From the NCBI RefSeq assembly GCF_000734895.2, contig NZ_CP011382.1, positions 5,980,491 to 6,020,490 of the forward strand: DNA of 40,000 nt, read 5' to 3'. Shown in pieces: positions 21,170-30,594 of the stretch. The notes below the pieces were generated by a model, which saw only the letters and a program-made list of their open reading frames with translations, did no database searches and was not told where the DNA came from. Positions within the stretch are counted from its first letter, which is position 1; each line of letters opens with the position of its first letter. Source of the DNA: Calothrix sp. 336/3 (lineage in GTDB: Bacteria; Cyanobacteriota; Cyanobacteriia; Cyanobacteriales; Nostocaceae). Position numbers and translations under genes: made by a program.

Positions 21170-21709
21170 ATGGGCAAATTCCTAACATTATCTGAATTCG
21201 ACCTAGAAGGACAGTTTCTGGGGTTTGTCAATGGTGCTAGTAAGGAACGGAAATATTTGCAGTTGGCGATCGCCTCTGGGGAAGTACGCTTAAAGTTACC
21301 ACCGGAGTTACGTAATCCTCTGGGGACTTCTTTAGAATCAGGTGAGTTAATCCGGATATTTGGTGTTAGTAAATTAAATACCCATACAGGAAAAATTAAA
21401 TTTAAGGTTTACGGTGTCAAACCCCTAGGAATTTGCCCTAAGCATCAAATCGAACGTCATCTCAAACCCAAGGCAAAAATTCTGGTTTGTCAAAAATCGG
21501 GTTGTAAAAAACGTGGTGGTCAGGGTTTAATCTCAGAGTTGGAGAAAACTCTGTGTGAGCATGGTTTACGGGATCGGGTAGAAATTGAGACTACTGGTTG
21601 CCAAAAGCGTTGTGGCAGCGCTCCCAATTGTATAGTGAAATTAGGTAAAAAAGAATACAAGAAAATGCAGCCAGAGGCGATCGCCTCCCTGTTGTCAGAC
21701 AATTTGTAA
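21170..21709 (+). CDS. thioredoxin-like [2Fe-2S] ferredoxin domain protein with unknown N-terminal domain
   Basis: 179 aa. C-terminal Cys pattern ILVCQKSGCKKRGG ... TGCQKRCGSAPN. Confidence 0.6.
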   Translation: MGKFLTLSEFDLEGQFLGFVNGASKERKYLQLAIASGEVRLKLPPELRNPLGTSLESGELIRIFGVSKLNTHTGKIKFKVYGVKPLGICPKHQIERHLKPKAKILVCQKSGCKKRGGQGLISELEKTLCEHGLRDRVEIETTGCQKRCGSAPNCIVKLGKKEYKKMQPEAIASLLSDNL

Positions 21710-21736
21710 GTTTTTCCCTATTGCCTACTAACCAGT

Positions 21737-22504
21737 TCAAAATAACCGAAATCGCGTCAGCTGATTTTCAATTGCTGCGGGTAAGACTTTGGTAAGTTCT
21801 GGCACATCGGTAAATGGGACAAATTGGGTCGGGGGGATATCAAAGGGAAGCTTACCGGATAATTCTGGATGTTGCATTTGGGTGAGGAGAATTTGCTCTG
21901 AGCGCTTGCTTTGCATTGCATACCCCATTTCTAGACAAACCTGGGGACTGGGAATCAGTTGGGGGGATTCGGAATGCTCAATGGTGGCGATCGCGGTAAT
22001 ATCGGCAACAAATAGTAAGCTTTTACGGATTTTACGTAACATTGCTGTACTTAAACGAGTCGCACCTTCCTTCGGACGTTGATACTCAACTAACTTTAAC
22101 GGTAAGCGCGATCGCAAATTTAAACTCTCCACTGTCTGAGTTAAAACATCTCGCACGGCAATACTTGCTTGGGCAAATTCTTTCTGTCCAGAAAAAAATA
22201 TTGTTGGCTCTAACTGTGCTAAAACTGCTTGCTTGGTAAAATAAATTTCGTGGCTAATTAAATCAATATTAGCTACACAATACCCACCACTACCCTCTAT
22301 ATAAAACTCAATATTTTCCCCTTCCAGATAGCGTCCAAACCACACAGACTTCCTGATTTCCTCAATATCTTCTAAAAAATCCGCTCGCAAAGCAGACTTT
22401 AATAGACTTTTTTTACTCAAGCGCATATCTGGTGGACGTTTTTCCAACTCATGAATTGGCTCGTAATTTTCCAGATACCATGCTCTCAGAGCAATTATAG
22501 ACAT
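21737..22504 (-). CDS. hypothetical protein; C-terminal half has a nucleoside 2-deoxyribosyltransferase/TIR-like (NDT-clan) signature
   Basis: 255 aa. The ordered motifs IFFSGQ, LLFVADIT, VCLEMGYAMQ...QILL and LPFDI resemble the strand-1 / aD-T / ElGyA / lpFD pattern of NDT-like and TIR-like Rossmannoid domains. The N-terminal ~100 aa are not recognised. Confidence 0.45.
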   Translation of the reverse strand: MSIIALRAWYLENYEPIHELEKRPPDMRLSKKSLLKSALRADFLEDIEEIRKSVWFGRYLEGENIEFYIEGSGGYCVANIDLISHEIYFTKQAVLAQLEPTIFFSGQKEFAQASIAVRDVLTQTVESLNLRSRLPLKLVEYQRPKEGATRLSTAMLRKIRKSLLFVADITAIATIEHSESPQLIPSPQVCLEMGYAMQSKRSEQILLTQMQHPELSGKLPFDIPPTQFVPFTDVPELTKVLPAAIENQLTRFRLF

Positions 22505-22789
22505 AGGACGCTAGTTAAGTTGTCTCGTGCGATTAACATCGTACCAGTTGATTGCCACAATGGGAAAATTTCAGTGCGAAATTGTCAAATTTTACTCATT
22601 TGGCAGACTTAGGTATTCGGAGATTGGGAAAAATTTACCGTTACACCAGTTTTCTATTGGGATATTCTGGAAATTAGCATCATCTAGATAAATCTGTAGG
22701 GACGTTTCGGTGGAACATCTATTTACTAAATTTTACCAGTTTTACAGCCTCACATATCTGATGTAATTCCCAACTAACCTGATTTTGAT

Positions 22790-24481
22790 TTAATTCTTGA
22801 AAATTGCACCCCAGGTTGCGAGAACAGAATCCTTGGCATCCCGAAAAGTCTGAATAAATGGTTGTTGAGTTTGCAAGAATACGCGAGCACAATTACGCCC
22901 CGGCATTCCCGAAATAGAACCACCAGGATGGGTTCCAGCACCTGTTAAAAATAGATTTTCTATGGGTGTTTTATAGTTGGCAATTTCTGGCAAAGGACGG
23001 AAAAATACCATTTGTTCTAAGGTCATATCAATATGGTAATAATTACCCTTATATGCACCTAATCTTTCTCCTAATTCCGCAGGGCTTTCGACTCGACGAG
23101 CAATAATTGCATTTTTCACATTGGGAGCATATTCTGCTAGTTTATCTATGACCCTATCAGCCACTTTATACTTTAATTCATCAGTCCAACCTGTACCTTT
23201 TAATCCTGTACCTTCAGCTCCAGCTATTTGATAGGGGGCAAAAAATTCTATCCACAAAGTATGTTTACCTGGAGGTGCTAATGTAGGGTCTAAAGCACTA
23301 GGCATCACCACATACATGGATGGGTTAGAATCGGGAATTTCCCCCACCATACATTTACTATGTGCCTGTTCTACATGGGCAACTGAATCCGCAATCAGAA
23401 TAGAACCAATCAGAAATTCATCTCGATGTTGATGATGGCTAAATTCTAACGGTTCATCTAAGGCTAAATCTATTTTCAGAATAGTTTCATTATTATTAAT
23501 AATCCTTCTTTCTAGCCTTTCCCACAATTCTGGATCTGCTGCGTCCACATCACTTTTATCTACACATTGCAAGAATAATCTTTGAGCATCAATATTAGAA
23601 ATTACTCCATAATTCGCCCTATATTCTTGACTATTACTCACTCTAACACCAACAGCTTTACCATTATCAATTAAGATTTTCTCTACATATTGATCAGTCA
23701 GAATGACCCCACCTTTTTGATTAACTAAATTGACTAAAGCTGCGACTAATGCACCTGTACCACCGCGAGGTCTTGCCATTCCTGGTTGGTGACGCATTGC
23801 CATCATCATTGAGCCAATTCCTAAATTTTTTTGAGAAGGGGGTACTCCCATTTCTCCTGCGAGTCTAGCTAGGGGTGCTTTGAGAAATTCTGAATCGAAC
23901 CATTCATTTAAAATATCTTCAGCACTTGATAGCATATTACGAACAAAATCCAGAGTTTTACCTGGAGAACCTAAAACTGAAAATAAATCTTTAATTTTAT
24001 GAGTATTATAGTTGCCGGCAATATCAATAATGGATTTTGGCGGAGCGCTAAACATGGGAGCTATGGCATTAATTGCTCTTAACCAATAATCTGTATATTC
24101 AGCATATTTCTGGGCATCTCTGGGGCTAAATTGAGCAATTTCAGCACAGGTTTTCTCTAGGGATTTATGTGCTAAAAAATATTTGCCGTCGGGATGGGGA
24201 CAAAAAACCACAGGGTCGCATTGTAGATATTCTAAACCATATTTTTCTAGTTCTAACTCTTGAATCACAGAACCTAAGAAAATAAATTCATGGTCAATGG
24301 CACAGAGGTTAAATTTAAATCCTGGTGCTTCCTTTGGTAAACATTCTTCTGTAGTTGCAGCACCACCGGGAACGGAGCGTTTTTCTAATAGAAGAACACT
24401 ATAACCTGCTTTAAGTAGATAGGCAGCACAAACTAAACCGTTGTGTCCAGCACCAATAATAATTACATCATAGGTTTGCAT
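22790..24481 (-). CDS. crtO: CrtI-type beta-carotene ketolase CrtO (phytoene-desaturase family FAD oxidoreductase)
   Basis: 563 aa. The N-terminus DVIIIGAGHNGLVCAAYLLKAGYSVLLLEKRSVPGGAATTEE and the C-terminus LTGAGTHPGGSISGMPGRNCARVF closely track Synechocystis CrtO (slr0088) as I recall it. Confidence 0.8.
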   Translation of the reverse strand: MQTYDVIIIGAGHNGLVCAAYLLKAGYSVLLLEKRSVPGGAATTEECLPKEAPGFKFNLCAIDHEFIFLGSVIQELELEKYGLEYLQCDPVVFCPHPDGKYFLAHKSLEKTCAEIAQFSPRDAQKYAEYTDYWLRAINAIAPMFSAPPKSIIDIAGNYNTHKIKDLFSVLGSPGKTLDFVRNMLSSAEDILNEWFDSEFLKAPLARLAGEMGVPPSQKNLGIGSMMMAMRHQPGMARPRGGTGALVAALVNLVNQKGGVILTDQYVEKILIDNGKAVGVRVSNSQEYRANYGVISNIDAQRLFLQCVDKSDVDAADPELWERLERRIINNNETILKIDLALDEPLEFSHHQHRDEFLIGSILIADSVAHVEQAHSKCMVGEIPDSNPSMYVVMPSALDPTLAPPGKHTLWIEFFAPYQIAGAEGTGLKGTGWTDELKYKVADRVIDKLAEYAPNVKNAIIARRVESPAELGERLGAYKGNYYHIDMTLEQMVFFRPLPEIANYKTPIENLFLTGAGTHPGGSISGMPGRNCARVFLQTQQPFIQTFRDAKDSVLATWGAIFKN

Positions 24482-24722
24482 AGGTTTTAGAGATGGTAGG
24501 TTGTTTTTTTGTAGGTATAAATTTAATGATATTTCTGGTAATTTTGCAAGGTATTTCAGCCCAGATAAGTTGTAATGTATTTAAATTGTATATGTGTATT
24601 TGCCTGAAAAAAAGTCAAATTTTCTTTCTTACTGCTCCCTGCGGTTCCATATACAAACTTAGGTACATAACATCTTAACCCCCAGGAATAATATTTCATG
24701 GAGAGGCTGAATTTACTCTTGG

Positions 24723-25400
24723 TTATTGAGTTGAAAGATTACCTAATTTTTCCGGCATAGTTTCATTTTCTGGGAGTGATGGACGAACACATAGATAAAT
24801 TAACATGCCGAATAGGGGAATAAAAGCCAGCAGGTTTAATAGTTGTGAGTTTTTGCTGGGACGACGGGAAATATCATCAGTAATGAGAATAAATGGTAGG
24901 ATAGAAAGCACACAAAAATCTAAACTCATCACATGAATAAAACGGCTTGTTTGCCATTCCTGAATAAAGTTATTCCAGTCTCCTTGGGTAACACCGTAGG
25001 TGATGAGAATTATGGCTGCAATTGTTAAGAATATTCCTGTAATTCGAGAATCAAGAATTTTTAACCACAGGTTTTTATTACCTGGAAATGTAGGATTTGC
25101 TTGGCGTAAAGCGAGGTAGGGAATAATAGCAAAAGCTCCAACGGCAAGAGATGCTGTGGCAAATAGCCAAGCGGGTATTTTTTGCCCCCTACCATCGATA
25201 TACATCAAACAGGTGTAAGCTGTGGCTATGACACCCATAATGTTAAACAGGGCAATAATTAAAGGATTAATACCTTGCCATGCTCCCGTAGAAAGGTTTG
25301 TGATTAAATTGAAGGTATCAGGTTGATCTGGTGGCGCAAATAAAAAGGCATAGGTAGTAAAACCTAGCCACAATGCCCAAAGGACGATTTTTTGATTCAT
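24723..25400 (-). CDS. multi-pass membrane protein, family not recognised
   Basis: 225 aa with about 6 hydrophobic segments. It starts 12 nt after the hrcA stop, so it is probably co-transcribed. Confidence 0.6.
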   Translation of the reverse strand: MNQKIVLWALWLGFTTYAFLFAPPDQPDTFNLITNLSTGAWQGINPLIIALFNIMGVIATAYTCLMYIDGRGQKIPAWLFATASLAVGAFAIIPYLALRQANPTFPGNKNLWLKILDSRITGIFLTIAAIILITYGVTQGDWNNFIQEWQTSRFIHVMSLDFCVLSILPFILITDDISRRPSKNSQLLNLLAFIPLFGMLIYLCVRPSLPENETMPEKLGNLSTQ

Positions 25401-25412
25401 AAATTAGAGGTT

Positions 25413-26486
25413 TTAACTGAGAGCTTCTGAGAGGTAATCAGCAGCAGCTGTGACAACTGCGATCGCGCTTTCATAGTCTAAACGAGTTGGTCCCAAGACA
25501 CCAACACTACCAATGTTGACATTACCTCGACGATAGCTAGAGGAGATTAAACTACAGCTACGTATCGGTTCTAGGGGGTTTTCTGCGCCAATTCGCACTG
25601 TCACCCGTGGTTTATTGGTATCTTCTGCTTCTGGCTCTTCAGATATTAACCGCCACAGCTGTTCCTGTTCTTCCTCCAATAGTTGGATAATTGTTTGGAC
25701 TTGTTGTAACTGGGAAAACTCCGGTTGACGTAGCACTTCTGATACACCCCTCACCATAATTTGTGTTGTTGTGGGGTTAAAGGTACGTCTGGCAAGTTCC
25801 AAAAGAGATATTTTCAGAAATTCGCTGTAATGGTGAAATTCCTGATCTAATTCACTCCAATTCAAGGTCGATATTTCTAGTAAACTACGTCCTCGCAGAT
25901 GTTCGTTGAGAAAGTTGGAAACTATTTGTAATTCTCGCTCTATGTACTCCCCATCTGCTTCTGTATCAGTGCGGGGTGGTAAATCAAGCAGGTTGGAATG
26001 GGTTTCATAACCGTCTGTGACTACAATTAGCATAATTTTTCCCGCTTCTATGGGCACCAATTGCAGGTGACGCAGGACGGCGGTACTATTATGGGGCATG
26101 GTAATTAGGGTAATGCAGCCACTGAGAGTTGCCAGAATTTGGGCTGCTCCTTGGAGTAATAGTTCTAAACTCCAATCTTCTCGCTTCAAACGTTTTTGGA
26201 GTGCGGTTTCTACCTGTCGTGTTAGGGTTTCTGAGGGAGTAATTAATTTGTCTACATATATTCTGTAGCCAGAGTCTGAGGGTATACGTCCAGATGAGGT
26301 GTGGGGTTGGTAGAGTAGTCCGGATTTTTCTAGTATTCCCATGATATTGCGAATAGTCGCCGAGCTAACACCCAAGTCGTATTCTTCTACCAATGCTTTG
26401 GAACCCACAGGTTCTGCTGTAGCGATATAGTGACGTACAGTTGCCCAAAGGATGTGCTGTTGTCGATTAGTAAGCTGGACTTGCAT
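25413..26486 (-). CDS. hrcA: heat-inducible transcription repressor HrcA
   Basis: 357 aa. [28 protein letters not shown]...SSATIRN is the canonical HrcA winged-helix N-terminus. Confidence 0.9.
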   Translation of the reverse strand: MQVQLTNRQQHILWATVRHYIATAEPVGSKALVEEYDLGVSSATIRNIMGILEKSGLLYQPHTSSGRIPSDSGYRIYVDKLITPSETLTRQVETALQKRLKREDWSLELLLQGAAQILATLSGCITLITMPHNSTAVLRHLQLVPIEAGKIMLIVVTDGYETHSNLLDLPPRTDTEADGEYIERELQIVSNFLNEHLRGRSLLEISTLNWSELDQEFHHYSEFLKISLLELARRTFNPTTTQIMVRGVSEVLRQPEFSQLQQVQTIIQLLEEEQEQLWRLISEEPEAEDTNKPRVTVRIGAENPLEPIRSCSLISSSYRRGNVNIGSVGVLGPTRLDYESAIAVVTAAADYLSEALS

Positions 26487-26802
26487 AGGGTATGGTTTAT
26501 TAAAGCCGATTTTTAAGCAATAGTGAAAAAATTAGGGAATTTATAGAGAGTATTTCCAAAGGAGTGAATAATAAGCAGGGTAGGAAATTGTCTGCATATA
26601 TTGACAGAGATTTTCCCAATTACTTCCTGTCAATTACTGACATCATTCTTTGGGAACACAGCTAAATTGAATAAATCGATTTTACGGTATTAACTAGACA
26701 ATACCTATTATTTAGGTATGCTGACATAAAATATTCCCAGTGGCTGTGTGTTCTGCTACTAATTCTTCAATGGTCATTGGTTAATGACTCAGGGGTAAAA
26801 TC

Positions 26803-27162
26803 CTAATATTGGGGAATATCCGGGTCTACAATTTGAGAATAGGCAGCAATACCACCGGAAATATTTTTAACATTTGTAAAGCCTTGGGCAATTAACCATT
26901 GGCACATTTGAGCTGAACGGATGCCATGATGACAGAGTACCAGGGTTTCAGCATCCTGTTCTAGGCGAGCATGGATATTTTCTGACCATTCGGCAAACTG
27001 ACTTAGGGGAAGATTCAGGAAACCATCAATACTAGCGATCGCCACTTCTTGAGGTTCGCGTACATCTATCAATTGTATAGAGCGATCGCCAGCAGATAAG
27101 CGCTGTTGTAACTCTTGGACGGAAACTTGAGCTAGAGGTTGGGTAAAGGGTGTACCGGACAT
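26803..27162 (-). CDS. rhodanese-like sulfurtransferase domain protein
   Basis: 119 aa. LIDVREPQE and the active-site loop CHHGIRS. Confidence 0.85.
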   Translation of the reverse strand: MSGTPFTQPLAQVSVQELQQRLSAGDRSIQLIDVREPQEVAIASIDGFLNLPLSQFAEWSENIHARLEQDAETLVLCHHGIRSAQMCQWLIAQGFTNVKNISGGIAAYSQIVDPDIPQY

Positions 27163-27340
27163 GAAGTTTTTGTAAACAATCCTATATTATTCATGTTGAC
27201 AGAAAAGGGTCTGCATTGGCATGAGTAGAAGCAATGATTATCAAATTAGGGGATAAGGGAAACTCAAAAGTCAACGCGAAAAGTTGTTCTCTTTCACCCA
27301 CTCCCGACTCGATTCCCCTCAGAGCAAGCATTTCCTATGA

Positions 27341-27407
27341 CTACTCGTTACTCATTCCCTAGTCTCCACTCCACTCATTACTCATTGCTCACTCCCCATC
27401 ACTCATA
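27341..27407. repeat. STRR-like heptamer tract (ACTCATT family)
   Basis: Perfect actcatt units at 27350, 27373 and 27380, plus degenerate neighbours. This is the reverse complement of the tract at 29243-29298. Confidence 0.8.
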
Positions 27408-27546
27408 AAAATTTTCTTTAGCAAAGCGACTTTTCGGTCAAAGAAGACGGTTTAATATTCTGTGGTGCAAGTACTGAGACAGGTTGATTTTTTCTCCTGT
27501 CATCGGGCGATCGCGCCAAGTTCTATTCTGGAACGCAATCATTTCT

Positions 27547-29235
27547 ATGAAACAAAACTTATTGTTACATTTAGTAAAAGTTAGCTTCTGTGTATTCCTA
27601 ATTACTTGTCTCAATGGTTGCAGTAACGCCCTCAGTAGTGCATCTTTGAAAGTCCTGGGGAATGCTGGAACTGGTAGACAACCCGAAGCTGCTATTTTTG
27701 TGTCTAAGCAAGCACCAGTCATGGCATCTTTACTTGTAGACGGAAAGAAACTATCCAATTTAGTTAAAGATACAGAATTAGCAAAAATTAAATCCAGTAT
27801 ATTTGGTAACATATCCCTGGATTACAATCAGGATATTCGCCCTTGGCTGGGGAATGAAATCACCCTAGCGGTAACGACTCCAGACATTGATGGTGATGGG
27901 AAAAATGGCAAACAACCCGGTTATCTTGTAGCTTTGGCGACTAAGAAGCCAGAAAAAAGCCGCGAGTTTGTGGATTTACTCTTCTCTAAACGTACCCTTG
28001 CGGGGACAAATTTAACTACGGAAGAGTATGAAGGTATTAAAATACTTTACGATTTTCCCCAGGTAGCTATCAAGGAAAAGCTGACTAATACCCAACCACC
28101 GATACAGAATCATCTTGCAGGTGCGGCGATCGGTGACGATTTTATTTTGCTTGCTAATGATCACCGAGTTTTGCGGGAAGCGATTAATAATGTGCAAGCT
28201 CCGGATACGAATTTAACTAGTTCTTCCAAATACCAAAAAGTTATCCAGGAATTACCCAAGGGTGGATTAGGTGTAGCTTTTTTGAATTTACCTATGGTGG
28301 CGAATTGGCAGGGTTTAAAATTATCAACCCCTACCTATAATCAGGAATTAATTTCTCTTGCTATTCCGGGTAAAGGTGTCTTAGCAGAAACTACTTTACT
28401 AGCAGCAGGGGAGAGTCTACCAAATTTAGCACCATTAGAGAAACCTGTGGGAGCTTTGCAGTATATTCCTAGCTTTGCCAGCATGGTATTTGCTGGTAAG
28501 GATTTGAGTAATTTAACTAATAGTAATTTGGCACAGTTTGGTCAACAAATTGCCACGGTGGTTTCTGGTAATTCTTCTGAGGCTGGATTATTCAAACCTT
28601 TAAGAGAGTGGGAAAAAAGTTTGGGAATTAATTTATCCCAGGATATCTTTCCTTGGGTGAAGGGTGAATATGCTTTGGGATTATTTACCCATGGCATTAA
28701 AAATTCTCCTGATTGGATTTTAGTGGCGGAAAAATCACCAGAGACTGCGGAATCGGTGAGTCATTTAGATGAAATTGCCAAAGAAAAGGGACTTTCTCTA
28801 AATACTATTGCCCTAGGTAAACAGGAAGTTTCGACTTGGACAAAATTAACGGCTGAGAAAAAGACGAATAGTTCAAAGGGCTATAATTTATCAGCGCAGG
28901 TATATGGAATTCATACTAGTCAAGGCAATTACGATATTTTGGCTTCATCCTTAGATGTTATCGATGCTGTAATTAATCCCCAGGAAAAATCACTTCTGGA
29001 TAATCGTAATTTCCAAAATAGTGTGGCTGCTATTCCTCAAATAAATCAGGGATATGCTTATCTTGATTGGCAAGATAGTCGAGATATTCTCGAAAGTCAA
29101 ATACCTATTCTCAAACTTGTAGAGGTGTTAGAAAAACCTTTCTTCCAAAATCTGCGATCGCTAACTATCAGTAGCTATGGTAATCAAGCAAATACCCTCA
29201 AAGGAGGAATTTTCTTACAACTAGATGGGTTGTGA
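27547..29235 (+). CDS. DUF3352-like secreted lipoprotein
   Basis: The track start 27484 is a TTG. ATG 27547 gives MKQNLLLHLVKVSFCVFLITCLNGCSN, a lipoprotein signal with a lipobox Cys. The family assignment is from memory. Confidence 0.65.
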   Translation: MKQNLLLHLVKVSFCVFLITCLNGCSNALSSASLKVLGNAGTGRQPEAAIFVSKQAPVMASLLVDGKKLSNLVKDTELAKIKSSIFGNISLDYNQDIRPWLGNEITLAVTTPDIDGDGKNGKQPGYLVALATKKPEKSREFVDLLFSKRTLAGTNLTTEEYEGIKILYDFPQVAIKEKLTNTQPPIQNHLAGAAIGDDFILLANDHRVLREAINNVQAPDTNLTSSSKYQKVIQELPKGGLGVAFLNLPMVANWQGLKLSTPTYNQELISLAIPGKGVLAETTLLAAGESLPNLAPLEKPVGALQYIPSFASMVFAGKDLSNLTNSNLAQFGQQIATVVSGNSSEAGLFKPLREWEKSLGINLSQDIFPWVKGEYALGLFTHGIKNSPDWILVAEKSPETAESVSHLDEIAKEKGLSLNTIALGKQEVSTWTKLTAEKKTNSSKGYNLSAQVYGIHTSQGNYDILASSLDVIDAVINPQEKSLLDNRNFQNSVAAIPQINQGYAYLDWQDSRDILESQIPILKLVEVLEKPFFQNLRSLTISSYGNQANTLKGGIFLQLDGL

Positions 29236-29242
29236 AGTGGGG

Positions 29243-29298
29243 AATGAGTAATGAGTGATGAGTAATGAGTGATGAGTAATGAGTAATGAGTGATAAGT
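29243..29298. repeat. STRR-like heptamer tract (AATGAGT/GATGAGT x8)
   Basis: Eight tandem 7-mers read directly, immediately after the DUF3352 gene stop. Confidence 0.9.
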
Positions 29299-29446
29299 GA
29301 TGTTTACCGTGAGGGAAGGGGAGTGGGGAATGGTAAAATTCTCTGCTTCTCTGGAAAATCTAGGCAAAGTTGCGCTATCTCGGAGTATTTTGGGAATCAT
29401 TCGCGATCGCCACGACTGATTTTTTCTCCACACTCCCTCACCCCTA

Positions 29447-30142
29447 CTAAACAGTCATTTCCACTGCGGCGATAATACCAAAGAGGATAAACAAACCACC
29501 ACCGATGAGAGTTAGCTGTCGCTCGGAAATTCTGCCGGCAATTAATTTACCACAACTAACGGCGATAATTGCACAGATGGAATGTCCTAAAATTGCCCCA
29601 GCAGTTACACCGAAGACGTTATTACTAGCAGCTAAAGCAATAGTCGCAAATTGAGTGCGATCGCCCCACTCTGCCATGAAAGTCAAAACAAAGGCTTCTA
29701 AGAAAATTGCCCAGGCATTTTTTTGCTTTAACTGCGCTTCTGCTTTGGCTATAACTTCCTTCGCTTCTTCCACAACTTCCGTCTCACAACTGTTCTGAGA
29801 CATCTTACTGCCGTCATATATTAGCTTGATACCAAAAGCAATAAATAAAACTATTTCCGCATAGTCAATTAAAACTTTAGGTAATAAGGATACTGCTTGC
29901 CCTAAAACCACAGACAATATTGTCATCGCTGCTAAGGCGGCAATTACTCCCGGTAATACCAAGCGTCGGGGATGTTGTGTTGATAAAATGACAGCGATAA
30001 AGAAAGTTTTGTCACCCAGTTCCGAAACGGTGATTAATAATAAGCCCGCAGTAAAAGCAGTTAGCACTCTCTCAAACTCCTGAATAATAATTGCAGCGTC
30101 TGGAGCTTGATGAGACTGATAAAAGACCTCACTAAGCTCCAC
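29447..30142 (-). CDS. GDT1/TMEM165/UPF0016-family cation (Mn2+) exporter homolog (Mnx/SynPAM71-like)
   Basis: 231 aa with two copies of the E-x-G-D-[KR]-[TS] motif (ELGDKTF and EWGDRTQ). The ORF starts with GTG at 30140-30142. Confidence 0.85.
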   Translation of the reverse strand: MELSEVFYQSHQAPDAAIIIQEFERVLTAFTAGLLLITVSELGDKTFFIAVILSTQHPRRLVLPGVIAALAAMTILSVVLGQAVSLLPKVLIDYAEIVLFIAFGIKLIYDGSKMSQNSCETEVVEEAKEVIAKAEAQLKQKNAWAIFLEAFVLTFMAEWGDRTQFATIALAASNNVFGVTAGAILGHSICAIIAVSCGKLIAGRISERQLTLIGGGLFILFGIIAAVEMTV

Positions 30143-30164
30143 ACGTTCTTTGCGTGAAACTAAG

Positions 30165-30306
30165 TGAAGGTCTCGCTACCAATTGGGAAAAAATTTCTGA
30201 TTTCTTGCTTGTCACCGGAACCAGGTTCATCACCAGTATGTTGATTCAGGTGTACCGACTATGCAGATTATTTATATCTATATTAGTCAGTAGCTACTCC
30301 CCTTCA
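30165..30306 (-). promoter_or_regulatory. yybP-ykoY-type (Mn2+) riboswitch aptamer in the leader of the UPF0016 gene
   Basis: The minus-strand RNA reads UGAAGGGGAGUAGCUAC...ACUGACUA/UAGUCGGU hairpin...UCAACAUAC...GGUAGCGAGACCUUCA. GGGGAGUAGC (30302-30293), CAACAUAC (30243-30236) and AGCGAGACC (30177-30169) match the conserved boxes of the yybP-ykoY motif. GAAGG/CCUUC and GCUAC/GUAGC can close P1. Confidence 0.7.
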
Positions 30307-30594
30307 TATTTGTACTAATTATATCTCTATCTGTAATTGGAAGTAAAGTCGTAATGGAAAATATGAGAGAACAATGAAAAATTTAGAAATAAGTTGAGTG
30401 CAAATATGGGCATTTACCCAGATTTAACTAGTAGTATAACTATTTTGAAAGTTAATTCTAGAGATTGCAGCACAGACAAGATTTGGTGACAATTTTGTCA
30501 TCTGTCTCCAATCAAAATACTTGCAATCAAATATTCTTGATTTAGTTGTGTGACGATACAATAGTTATAGTAGTAACATCATTCTGGGATAGCT

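Noticed and set aside
22694-22716. ctgtagggacgtttcggtggaac, which resembles one arm of the palindromic MITE-like repeats common in Nostocales.
   Set aside because: The expected inverted partner is degenerate (about 6/11 matches) and there are no target-site duplications, so I cannot support calling it a mobile element.
30061-30069. TTAGCACTC, which is identical to the left half of the CIRCE operator bound by HrcA.
   Set aside because: No inverted partner (GAGTGCTAA) follows after 9 nt, and the site lies inside the UPF0016 coding region. I also found no CIRCE in the hrcA upstream region (26487-26802).
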